DNA of 64,000 nucleotides from Scyliorhinus canicula (lineage: Eukaryota), in assembly GCF_902713615.1 (NCBI RefSeq), contig NC_052152.1:65630818-65694817 (forward strand). Reading direction: 5' to 3'. Shown here piece after piece: positions 1-10,720 of this stretch. Under the pieces are notes generated by a model. That model ran no database searches and was not told the DNA's origin. It saw only the letters and a list, made by a program, of their open reading frames with translations. Each line of letters starts with the position of its first letter. Position 1 is the first letter of the stretch. A program made the position numbers and the translations under genes.

Positions 1-650
1 CCAAAACCATTATGTTCAGTTTGTTAACCAGGTAGAATCATCAACAGATTTCAGTTTCCAAATTAGGAAAGGGATTAAGCAAGAACTTGTTGGTATTGGT
101 GAAATTGCTCACAAAATGGATGATAGGGTCAGAGCAAGCCCACTCTTATGCATACACTGCCCACTGGCTTGCTGAGACCAATTATTTTTGTTTACTGTCA
201 CTGGCAAGGTTGGCATTCATTACTCGTTCTTAGTTGTTTGGAGAAGGTGGTGGTGTTGCACTTTGTGTTTGTAGCAGTTTGATACAACTGAGTGTCTTCT
301 GCTGTCAGAAAACCAGCTGCCAGTCAACCATATTGGTGTGGGGCTGAAGTCACACAGAGGCTGACCTAGTAAGGACAAATAGTCCCCTTCCAAAAATGGT
401 GTCACTGTATCAGTTGGGACTTCTCAAACAATCCAAAAACTTTACATGATGACGCCTTTTTATTCAATTTGACTTCAAATCCTCACACAATTTTTCATCC
501 AAAAATGTCCACATTGAGTTAGAGATTGCAAGCCAGACGGACTGAATTGAAGAAAATGGGTCTCTCATTGCCAATAAAACATTTTTTTCCTTCAGACTGT
601 GAGCACTTGAAAAACCATACCATGTAAGGCTACGCATCTCCTGCTCTCTC

Positions 651-925
651 ATGGCGCCAAGGACATGGGTTCAATCCCGGCCCCTGCTCACTGTCCATGT
701 GGTGTTTGCACATTCTCCCCGTGTCTACACGGGCCTCACCCACAATTCAAAGATGTGCAGGGTAGATGGATTGGCCACGCTAAATTGCCCCTTAATTGGA
801 AACATTTAAAAAAGACTACGGGCCAAAAGTGCAGGTAAATGGGATTAGAAGAGATTTGTATTTGATGGCCGGCACAGACACGATGGGCCGAAGGGCCTCT
901 TTCTGTGCTGTTGAAAACTCTTATC
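651..925 (+). mobile_element. tRNA-derived SINE (5'-truncated) with CR1-like 3' tail
   Basis: B-box-like GGTTCAATCCC, core TTGCACATTCTCCCCGTG...GGATTGGCCACGCTAAATTGCCC and tail GGGCCGAAGGGCCT shared with many other copies in the window. Confidence 0.8.
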
Positions 926-1204
926 ACTTCCATTCCCATGATTTCCTCGGAGAGCCTTTTCATTGCTCTTAATTCTTCAAATATCCACCATCCAGATTAA
1001 CGCCAGTGTCCGGAGCCTGGTTAGCCCTCAATCAGATGGAAGGATGGAGGAGGAAGGGGGCGGCCACTCGGGAGGGAGAGCTGGCTGAACCCCACCCTCC
1101 TCAGCAAACTACCAAATGTGCTGAAGGTACTGCCCCCGCCACCTAAAGCGGTTGCCGCTTTCCGCCAAAAATTGGTCATCTTTGCAGGAGTTGCGAAACT
1201 CTCT

Positions 1205-1310
1205 TTAACCTTTAGATATTGCCTGGGATTTTCCTACTAGCGCGCGGTGGTTCCACCGCCAGCAGCAGCACAAGGTGAACACAACAGCAGACAGCACTGC
1301 CAAGTCTCTC
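1205..1310 (-). CDS. Probable last coding exon (transmembrane segment + short tail) of the V-set Ig gene
   Basis: Acceptor ...ggtgtcAG at 1312-1311; read in phase 2 it gives (L)RDLAVLSAVVFTLCCCWRWNHRALVGKSQAISKG* (frame of ORF 1205..1459), a hydrophobic stretch followed by Cys and W/R residues; the TM segment is short. Confidence 0.5.
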
Positions 1311-2386
1311 CTGACACCCCGACACACACACACAAATAATGGCAGGAATGAAATGCATTTGCAGGCAAGAGGAAATGAAAGAAGGATGGAGGGGGAGGGG
1401 GAGGGGGAGGGGGGGGGGGGGAGAAATGTGTGAGATGCAATAACAAAAAGGAAACTCAATAAAAATGAATTTTAGGTCAGCGGTGTCGGGCAGAATTTTA
1501 GATGTCGGTCCTCAAAACGCCAGACATGTTGGGGGTGGACATGAATGACTCACTCACATTCAAGGGAGTCACGCTAACCACTTTATCAATGACACATTCC
1601 TTTTAATCTCAAGGCAGACTAGCTGATATTTCTCTGACCAATCTTTTCTGTTTGCACAGGTACACAGGTATTGGCCTTGAATTTAGCACGGGGATCCTTC
1701 CGCTGTTTGCATTGCTGGGGGGGGGGGGGGGGGGCAAATCCTGGTGGCAAGAACCTGTGATTCAATCTAGTCAAAAATAACGCCCTTTCCCAAACATAAA
1801 GCACTGACATTTTTTGAGATCGGTTCCCTAATAATACCATTGAACTGTGACAGTACGTGTGATAACTGATACGCCTCAAAATGATTCGTGATAACAAATC
1901 GACGAGGTAATAATGAGTAATGTGTCAGGGAGAACCTGTGGGCTGGAAAAGCTGTGAGATGCGGCAAGATGCAAGGTGTCATTTAGTTTGGAAGGTGAGA
2001 TATTGAAGTAAATGCGGTGCTTCCCGGCTCGCCGAGCCGCAGTGGAAGGCGGGTTGTGAGGGAGAAACACAACTGAGTGTCTCTTCCCCTGTGGAAACAT
2101 TTGCATTTCTGAAACTGGGATGTGAGGAGCGAGTTCTCGAGGCAGGGATCTTTGTTTGATCTTGCGAGCCATTCAGCTTCTGGTAAAGATTGGTATGGAT
2201 GACGATGCAGCATTGAGCATCAAACAATCTCAAAATGTCAAAACGTTTGGCTCCCAGGATTTAATCGCAGGAAAATCAGGTCAGGCCGCCCTCAGTAATC
2301 TCCCGTGTGCATATACAGGGACTGCTGAAGTTTGACGCATTGTGATCCCCCTCCAATTATTTTATTTAATGAACATTAATACTTAC

Positions 2387-2402
2387 AAATTCGTTTCAAG
2401 GA
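2387..2402 (-). CDS. Candidate 16-nt micro-exon (V-L-E-T-N-L) of the V-set Ig gene
   Basis: ttattgcAG|TCCTTGAAACGAATTT|GTAAGT; enters in phase 1 and leaves in phase 2, exactly the shift needed to join exon 2 to the TM frame of 1205-1310; the preceding intron is only 65 nt. Confidence 0.4.
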
Positions 2403-2467
2403 CTGCAATAATTAGCCAGTCCTTGAATTTCTCCTGCTTTGAACACCGAATAGCTGGGTGTACTCAC

Positions 2468-2815
2468 CGATCACGTTCACTATCGTGTCCTGGGTGAACT
2501 CTTCTCCATTCTGTGTTGTGATGGTGCAGGAATATGTCCCGGTGTCGTTCAGCATGATATTTTGGATGGAGAGAGAGCCGTTTGGGTAGATCTGTGCCCG
2601 GAGATGGTAGCCGCCGAACCAGTATGGTTCCTGGCTGTCCTTCTCAGGTATGAACTGAACGATGGAGTGCCGGCTGGTGGGACTCACATGCGTCCAGTCT
2701 ATGGTGTGTATCTGTTCAGCAATGACCATGGCTGGAATTGCCAGGAAGATGTTGCCATTGACCGTTCCATTTACAACCTTGGTAATGCTTCCAGCGGCCG
2801 CTGCTTGCAGTACAG
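2468..2815 (-). CDS. V-set immunoglobulin domain exon (CD2/CEACAM/VSTM-like cell-surface protein)
   Basis: Acceptor ctctcttAG (2817-2816), donor G|GTGAGT (2467); 348 nt, phase 1-1; contains C-strand W (IDW), NGSLSIQNI and F-strand DTGTYSC; sequons NGT, NGS, NDT; no B-strand Cys. Confidence 0.9.
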
Positions 2816-2926
2816 CTAAGAGAGATTGGGGGGAGACACAGGGTAAGGCTGTAAGTTGTTTACAATACACCACAATATAGACAATACGAGGCAACAAGAA
2901 CGGGCCAGTTGTCCGCAGGAACTTAC

Positions 2927-2981
2927 CTAGCAGCCACCAGCTGTACAGGGCAGCCATTAGGGGGTTTCTGGTCCACTTCAT
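2927..2981 (-). CDS. Signal-peptide exon of the V-set Ig gene
   Basis: ATG at 2981, MKWTRNPLMAALYSWWLL plus 1 nt, donor TAG|GTAAGT at 2926; typical phase-1 leader exon; the 111-nt intron is in frame, which explains read-through ORF 2412..2984. Confidence 0.8.
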
Positions 2982-3125
2982 CACGGAACCAAGCCCACTC
3001 CACTTTCAACTTGTTGCACGAGGCGCAATTGCAACTTCCTGAATCTGAGTAACAGCGAGTGGTTCTCGCCTCCTGCTCAGGTAGTGGTTAGAGGAGGCGA
3101 GCGACGAAACTAAACAGCCAACTGT
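2982..3125 (-). other. Candidate 5'UTR part of the ATG-containing exon
   Basis: Strong acceptor ctttctcaacctttttacatcttcattgcAG at 3127-3126; no ATG between 3125 and 2982. Confidence 0.4.
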
Positions 3126-3949
3126 CTGCAATGAAGATGTAAAAAGGTTGAGAAAGTAGTTGAATGAAAGACAGGCCCGGAGCAATGCTGGCCAGTGCAT
3201 GTGAAGCTCTGTGTCAGTGTCCACACTGCCTGCATGGAGTTGGGAATACATATTGCAAGTCAAACGTTTAAATGATGAGATACTTGTACGATTTTCTCGA
3301 TGATAATTGCAGATATTATACATAAACTGATTTAACGAATAGGGCGTGATACGTAAATTCATAAAATCGCTATACTTAAATAATAATTAATAATTTAAAA
3401 GTTTACTGATATATATATTTAAATAAATATAAATGTATAAACATCTATCCATGTAGCTCCTTGCTTCCGTATCGTGATTTCTTTCATCAAACTGTTACGT
3501 TTTGTTCCGTTATATTTCGATATATTGAAAACACACGGGGTTGCATCAGACGAAAATCCAAATCCCGTTCCTGTCAATTGCATCAGACAACTCCTGAACA
3601 GCGAGGCATGCTTCCCGATCAGTTGGAAAAATAACAATGATTTCGTTAAAAGGAGACAAACTCAAAAGACTGGCACATTACACTCAAATAGTAAAGGATT
3701 ATAACGTGTAAGTGTTCAAAATTCAGTGAACAGAACGGGGTGAAGGCGCAGCCGGTTGGTTGGAGAACGAATTCAGAACCATGGCAATGCAACATGATCC
3801 GTTTGAATTATTCTGATCCACAACACCAATCTTTCGGTTCAGACATTTTAGCTGCAACATTCAAACGGACATTAAACCAGTAGCACCGTTTTCCTTGTAG
3901 CCGGTGTTGGTCCCGGACGTGCGTGTTAGATACATTTCGAAATACTCAC

Positions 3950-4046
3950 CAACACTAATGAAAATTATTTTAAAAATGTGCCAGTTTAGTTAATAATTGT
4001 AGCTGCATTTGGGGTTTCTATTTTTACCGATTATGGCTTGATCCGA
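3950..4046 (-). other. Candidate exon (5'UTR of the Ig gene or last coding exon of an upstream gene)
   Basis: Acceptor catctcttttccAG (4048-4047), donor TTG|GTGAGT (3949); stops in all three frames; phase 0 reads SDQAIIGKNRNPKCSYNY*. Confidence 0.4.
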
Positions 4047-4363
4047 CTGGAAAAGAGATGATCTAACACCACTTGCATTTGGCAGGGCGGTGGAGGGTGA
4101 TCAAGTTTTTTTAAAAACTTGCACTTCCTGGACAATTACATTGACAAAGAATGAATTAAAGTAGCTGAATATTGAATTTGAGCTGGCTGAGAGCGAAGCT
4201 GTGTGCATGTTTCGCGTCACAGCTCTACCCAGGGCAGGAAATTGTAGTTCTAGGTAGATACCATTTTCTGGAGTCCATTAAGCAACAGGACAAATAGCTG
4301 CAGCAGAAGAGCTTCTTCCCAGATGAATCCCACATTTCTGTTAATGCAACTTCCTGTTTAATT

Positions 4364-4565
4364 AGAACATAGAACATAGAACAGTACAGCACAGAACAGG
4401 CACTTCGGCCCTCAATGTTGTGCCGAGCCATGATCACCCTACTCAAACCCATGTATCCACCCTATACCCGTAACCCAACAACCCCCCCTTAACCTTACTT
4501 TTTATTAGGACACTACGGGCAATTTAGCATGGCCAATCCACCTAACCTACACATCTTTGGACTGT
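4364..4565 (-). mobile_element. tRNA-derived SINE, 3' part
   Basis: (AGAACAT)n tail and reverse-complement core GGGCAATTTAGCATGGCCAATCCACC. Confidence 0.85.
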
Positions 4566-4870
4566 TGTTAGATCTAATTGTTAGATAAGCTGCAGAATTG
4601 CAGACCTGCTTCATGCAAAACCACAACAGTTCACACTTACAAACTGGCAGCAATTAAGAAATCACAAAGGGGTTACCCACAATGTATATGTTTATCATTC
4701 AGTACAAGGCCATGCCATTCCCTGATAAATTAAACGAAAATAACTAATTTGTTCAATTCCCGCATCAGGTAAATGATAATTAATAATCACTGATTACTAC
4801 AAAGTTACCTGACCTAATACCACTGAATCAGCAAGACGTTTAACCAGTACAAAGGTGATGAGTGTGTGGT

Positions 4871-4900
4871 GTGGGGTGGGGTGGGGTGGGGTGGGGTAGG
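4871..4900 (+). repeat. (GGGGT)n microsatellite
   Basis: gtggggtggggtggggtggggtggggtaggg. Confidence 0.9.
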
Positions 4901-5046
4901 GAAGAGAAGAGAGTATAACATACTTTATACAGCCGATCCGTGAGTATCTGACAAAGTAGCATAAACTATAGAGTGTTGATTAACGATTAACAGTGCAGAA
5001 AGGCATAGACTGCTATCGGAGATTTGTGTGTATCCATAACACATAC

Positions 5047-5135
5047 CTGCAGACAGAGGAAGAAAATATAAGTAATATAGGAGGCGAATGAACTGAGGCA
5101 ACCACAAACAATTGCAACGGGGACACAATTGACTG
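5047..5135 (-). other. Candidate exon encoding a hydrophobic, TM-like segment
   Basis: NAGNAG acceptor tctgtttcccctttatacCAG/CAG (5138-5133), donor CAG|GTATGT (5046); phase 1 reads VNCVPVAIVCGCLSSFASYITYIFFLCLQ. Confidence 0.4.
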
Positions 5136-5319
5136 CTGGTATAAAGGGGAAACAGACATAACAGCCAAAACTATTCCTACCCACCCTCATTCACATATAA
5201 ATTTGACCACTCCCATGCAGTAAATTCAGTTAACAAGGTTTTTGCATTCCACAAGAAGCAACAATCTGTGAAGACCGGGAATCCGAAATAAAAACAGCAC
5301 ATTCTGGAAAGCAGCATCT

Positions 5320-5640
5320 TAGTCGGGATTCCTCGGGATGGATGATGATTTGCTTCCTCCCGGTTCAGTGGGCTCTCGGGTGGCTGAGATGTCCACTGTG
5401 CGATCTGCAGACCCTTCCACACGCAGGGCAGGTGGTGCTTGGAGAGGGGCAGGTGGGTTCGCTGGACGTTTGTTCGTTCCCTCCAATGCCATCACTTCAG
5501 CTCTGCAGGATCTCCCATCAGACCTCCGGGTATGTTTAACTTCTTTGGAGATGCATTGAGCACATCACTCAAACATGTTTTTGCTCTCCTCCTGTGCAGG
5601 GTGGTCTGCTGCCCAGGTCTGAGTTCCCAGTACGGCGGTT
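5320..5640 (-). mobile_element. RTE-clade LINE 3' fragment
   Basis: Reverse complement resembles the plus-strand RTE 3' end at 15780-16140 (AAACATACCC..., ACCACCTGCCC..TGTGG..GTCTGC, AAATCATC..GAGG). Confidence 0.6.
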
Positions 5641-6162
5641 CCTTAAGGGTCGACCGGGCAGCAACGCTTGAAATAATCAGCAAGTCGGGCAGTCTATGTG
5701 GAGAGAAACAGAGTTAAGGAATCAGGTCAGTAACAATTTATGAGGACTCTTCACATTCTGGTACAATGTGCACAATGTTACGCACATGACGATCAAATGT
5801 AAAATGGTGGATGTGCACTACAAGCATTTGTAAGGCAAAATACATAAGTTACTAAATACCTGCTCTTTTGGGGTACACTATTCTGTTCTTTTCTGAATGA
5901 AGGCGCAGGGATCAAACTGTCAATGGAGTAGAGCACATGAAACCTCTGGCCAGCCCAGAGGAAGCAACCGTGCAGATCATGGGATGGGAGAATTTTCCTT
6001 CATGATGATTCGAAACCTGGAGGATGATTACACTTCCTTTTTGAATAATTGGGAAGAAGTAAACATGTTTTTATGGGTGGAAGTAATACCTTTACATGTA
6101 CTCATCAGATGCACTTCTTTTTTTATACTTGAACTTCAGGAGTAGCAAGTAGTCGATCTTAC

Positions 6163-6234
6163 AAGCCTCGCTGCAGCACCCAGTATAATCAGTATGACTG
6201 TGTTGAAATGAGCCCTCGGGCAGATATTCACACG
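6163..6234 (-). other. Candidate 72-nt symmetric exon
   Basis: Acceptor aaatctctctAG (6236-6235), donor CTT|GTAAGA (6162); open in phase 1 (CEYLPEGSFQHSHTDYTGCCSEA) and in phase 0 (RVNICPRAHFNTVILIILGAAARL). Confidence 0.4.
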
Positions 6235-6429
6235 CTAGAGAGATTTATAAATTTAGAAAGGGAAACACACAATGAGTCACAGTCTCGACATTGTCAGATT
6301 CTGGAATACACTGAGGCAGGTTGCATGTCAAAGTATAAGAATGGAGATCTCTTGACAAGCCCCTACACCTATCGAGATCAGGAAATATGAATCTTTTCTG
6401 AGTCAGCACCCCCCCCCCCCCCCCCACTG

Positions 6430-9400
6430 TCTGGAATTCACATATTAATAAAGGAAAACACCAAGGCTTTTTACACTGACGTGCAGAATAAAAGAATGAC
6501 CAAGGTGAAGTTAGGGCCGGTTAAGGACAGTAGTGGGAACGTGCAGGTCAAGGAGAAACAGCCCCAGTGAGACACATCCAGAGTGGGAATTGGAACTTGG
6601 TAATTTTGTGTAGTTAGGTAATCAGGAAAGGTAGAGAACCAGAGAGCATCTGAGAACCTGGGAAGGTAAGTGATTTTTATTTTTATTTATTTTTATTTTT
6701 GTTACCTTTTCAAATTGTGTGGCGGGGAACTGAAGTGACATCACAGTAAAGCTGTGACCTGATTGGCTGGTTGGGAATCTACACTAAATTAAAAAAATTA
6801 AGCATTGTTAAACTAATTAAACATAATTACTTAATTACATAATTATAATTTAGAGGGGTATTTAAGCCAGAGTTCGGAGAGTACTGTATTTAGCTTTCGC
6901 ATTTATAGTAGAAATCTAATGCTAGGAAACATATAGTTAACAGTAACGTAAAAAAAAAATAAGGTTAATTTACTAATTCATTGACGAAATGTGAATTAGA
7001 GGGGTGCAGTGCTCTGACTGTAAGATGTGGCAGGTCCGGGAGGCTTCCAGCATCCCGGATGGTTAATCTGCAGAAAGTGCACTCAACTGGGCCTCCTCAC
7101 AGATCGCATGGTTTGGTTGGAGCAGCAGTTGGATGCACTTCGGAGCATACAGGTGGCGGAAAGCATCATAGGTAGTAGTTATATAAATATGGTCACACCC
7201 AAGGTGCAGGCAGAGAAATCGGTGACTACCAGAAGGGGCAGGCAGTCAGTGCAGGAATCCCCTGTGGTTGTCCCCCTCTCAAACAGGTATACCCTTTTGG
7301 ATACTGTTGGGGGGATAGCCTAGCAGGGGAAAACAGTAGCAACCAGAGCCGTGGCACCACGGCTGGCTCTGATGTTCAGCAGGGAGGGTCAAAGCACAGA
7401 GGAGCAATAGTCATAGGGGACTCTATAGTCAGGGGCACAGATAGGCATTTCCGTGGATGCGAAAGAGACTCCAGGATAGTATATTGCCTCCCTGGTGCCA
7501 GGGTCCAGGATATCTCCGAATGGGTAGCGGGCATCCTGAAGGAGGAGGGCAAACAGGCAGAGGTTGTTGTGCAATATTGGTACTAATGACATAGGCAGGA
7601 AGGGGCATGAGGTCCTGCAGCAGGAGTTCAGGGAGCTAGGCAGGAAGTTAAAAGGCAGGACCTCTAGGGTTGTAATCTCAGGATTACTCCCTGTGCTCCG
7701 TACCAGTGAGGCTAGAAATAGAAAGATAGAGCAGCTAAACACGTGGCTAAACAGCTGGTGTAGGAGGGAGGGTTTCCATTATCTGGACCATTGGGAGCTC
7801 TTCTGGGGCAGGTATGACCTGCATAAGAAGGACGGGTTGCACCTAAACTGGAGAGGCATAAATATCCTGTCCGCGAGGTTTGCTAGTGTCACACGGGAGG
7901 GTTTAAACTAGTATGGCAGGGGGGTGGGTACCGGAGCAATACGTCAGAAGCTGAAAGCATTGAGGGAGAACCAGGGAATAGGGCCAGTATGGCTCTGAGG
8001 AAGAGCAGACAGGGAGATGTTGCTGAAAACATGTGTCTGGTGGCCTGAAGTGCATATGTTTTAATGCAAGAAATATTACGGGTAAGGCAGATTAACTTAG
8101 AGCTTGATTAGTAAAGATTTAGAGTAAAGGTTTAGAGTAGATGTACGAGGCAAGTTTTTTTACACAGAGGGTAGTGGGTGCCTGGAACTCGCTGCCGGAA
8201 GAGGTGGTGGAAGCAGGGACGATAGTGGCATTTAAGGGGCATCTTGACAAATACATGAATAGGATGGGAATAGAGGGATATGGACCCAGGAAGTGTGGAA
8301 GATTTTTGTTTAGACGGGCAGCATGGTTGGCAGAGGCTTGGAGGGCAGAAGGGCCTGTTCCTGTGCTGTACTTTTCTTTGTTCTTTGTTCTTTGTGTGCA
8401 TGGAGTCTGAAGTTATAGGAGAGGCCCTAAATGAATACATTTCTTCAGTGTTCACAAAGGAGACGGGCCATGTTGTTGAGGAGGATAGTGCGATACAGGC
8501 AGGTAGGCTGGAGGAAGTAGATATTTGGAAGGAAGATGTGTTAGAAATATTGAGAAGCCTGAGGATAGATAATTCCCCTGGGCCTGATGGGATATATCCT
8601 AGGATTCTTTGGGAGGCGAGGGATGAGATTGCAGAGCCTTTGGCTTTGATCTTTATGTCGTCACTGTCTACAGGAATTGTGCCAGAAGACTAGAGAGGCA
8701 AATGTTGTCCCCTTGCTCTAGAAAGGGAATAGGTATAACACTGGGAATTATAGGTTGATTAGTCTCACTTCGGTCATTGGTAAATTATTGGAAAGGGTCC
8801 TGAGTTTGATTGTATTCTTTATGGAGGTAACTAAATACATCGATGAAGGTAGAGCAGTTGATGTCGTATACATGTATTTTAGTAAGGCGTTTGATAAGGT
8901 GCCGCATGGTTGGCTCATGCTGAAAATAAGGAGGCATGGCATAGAGGGAAATTTTGCCGATTGGATCAGTAACTGGCTATGATACATAAGACAGAGGGTG
9001 GTGGTAGATGGTAAATTTTCACCCTGGAGCCCAATCATTAGTGGTGTACCACAGGGATCAGTGCTGGGTCCTCTGCTTTTTGTGATTTTTATCAATGACT
9101 TGGATGATGGAATTGAAGGTTGGGTTAGTAAATTTACTGATGACACCAAGATTGGTGGAGTAGTGGATAATGTGGAGGGCTGTTGTAGGCTGCAAAGAGA
9201 CATTGATAGGATGCAGAGCTGGGCTGAAAAGTGGCGGATGGAGTTTAACTCTGATAAGTGTGAGGTGATTCATTTTGGTTGGACAAATTTGAATGCGAAT
9301 TACAGGGTCAACGGCAGGGTTATGAAGAATGTGGAGGAGCATTGAGATCTTGGAGTTCATGTCCATAGATCTCTGAAAGTTGCCACCCAAGTGGATAGAG

Positions 9401-10026
9401 CCATGAAGAAAGCCGATAGTGTATTAGCATTTATTAACAGGGGATTGAGTTTAAGAGCCATGAGGTTATGCTGCAACTGTACAAGACCTTGGTTAGACCA
9501 CATTTGGAGTATTGTGTGCAGTTCTGGTCACCTCATTATGGGAAGGATGTGGAAGCATTGGAAAGGGTGCAAAGGAGATTTACCAGGATGCTGCCTGGAT
9601 TGGTGGGTGGGTCTTATGAGGAAAGGTTGAGGGAGCTGGGGCTTTTCTCATTGGAGCGAAGGAGGATGAGAGGTGACTTAATTGAGGTGTATAAGTTGAT
9701 GAGAGGGATAGATAGAGTGGATGTTCAGCGACTTTTACCTCGGGTTGATGTAACTGTTACAAGGGGGCATAACTCTAAGGTTCATGATGGAAGATATAGG
9801 AGGGATGTCAGAGGTAGGTTCTTTACTCAGAGAGTGGCTGGGGCGTGGAACTCACTCCCAGCTATGGTAGTGGAGTCGGACACTTTAGGAACTTTCAAAC
9901 GGTTATTGGATAGGCATATGGAGTACACTAGAATGATTGGAAGTAGGTTGATTTGATCTTAGTTTCAGACTAGTTTGGCATAACATCGTGAAGGGCCTGT
10001 ACTGTGCTTTACAGTTCTATGTTCTA
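6430..10026 (+). mobile_element. CR1 LINE ORF2 remnant (6430-6540 and 8393-10026) interrupted by a second CR1-derived element
   Basis: Reverse transcriptase (RT) motifs SPGPDGIYPRIL, FSKAFDKVPH, GVPQGSVLGPLLF, KFTDDTKIGG, LVRPHLEYCVQFWSP; 3' tail ending CAGTTCTATGTTCT; multiple stops and frameshifts. Confidence 0.9.
6541..8392 (+). mobile_element. Internally deleted CR1: 5'UTR + ORF1 (SGNH/GDSL esterase-like) + start of ORF2 joined to a 3' end
   Basis: ORF1 fragments ICRKC...LEQQLDAL, VIGDSIVRG (about 7411), IGTND, DGLHLN; start of the endonuclease (TTTAATGCAAG) jumps at about 8110 to the 3'-terminal FTQRVVGAWNSLP and a (TTCTTTG)n tail. Confidence 0.75.
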
Positions 10027-10079
10027 ATACTTTGTGGGCAGCGAGGAGAATCTTGATCGATGGTGCACCTTAGCTCTTT

Positions 10080-10720
10080 GTGTAGAAAAGTACAACTACA
10101 CCACTGACATCTACCCAGCAATGTGGAAAATTGCTCAGGTGTATCCTATGCACAAGAAGCAGGACAAATCCAACCCTGCCAATTACCACCTGATCAGTGT
10201 ACTCTCCATCATCAGCAAAGTGATGGAAGGGGTGTGCAACAGTGCTATCAAGCGGCATTTACTCAGCAATAACCTGCTCAGAGACACTGAGTTTGGGTTC
10301 CGCCAGGGTCACTCAGTTCCTGATTTCATTACAGCCTTGGTTCAACATGGACAAAAGAGCTGAATGCCAGATGTGAGGTGAGAGTGACTGACCTTGACAT
10401 CAAAGCAGCATTTGACTGAATATGGCACCAAGGCAGCATTTGACTGAGTATGGCATCAAGGAGCCCTAGCTAAACTGGACTCAGTGGGAATCAGGGGGAA
10501 AACTCTCTGCTGGTTGGAGTCATACCTGGCACAAAGGAAGATGGTTGTGGTGGTTGGAGGTCAATCATCTCAGCTCCAGGGCATCACTGCAGGATTTCCT
10601 CAGGGTGTCCTAGGCCCAACCATCTCAGCATCAATGACTTCTCTTCCATCATAAGGTCAGAAGTTGCTATATTTGTGGATGACTGCACAATGTTCAGCAC
10701 CATTTGCAACTCAACATGCT
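10080..10720 (+). mobile_element. CR1/L2-group LINE RT fragment (second family)
   Basis: YPAMWKIAQVYPMHKKQDKSNPANY, FGFRQGHS, DIKAAFD motifs; same family recurs at 13780-14610, 17200-17980, 20340-21440, 30925-32775. Confidence 0.75.

Noticed and set aside
1205-2981. Assigning a symbol such as CEACAM, VSTM5 or HEPACAM
   Set aside because: Only fold-level motif similarity is visible; orthology cannot be established without searches
2412-2984. 190-aa ORF as a single-exon gene
   Set aside because: It reads through a 111-nt in-frame GT-AG intron and past the exon 2 donor; the spliced model gives a proper signal peptide
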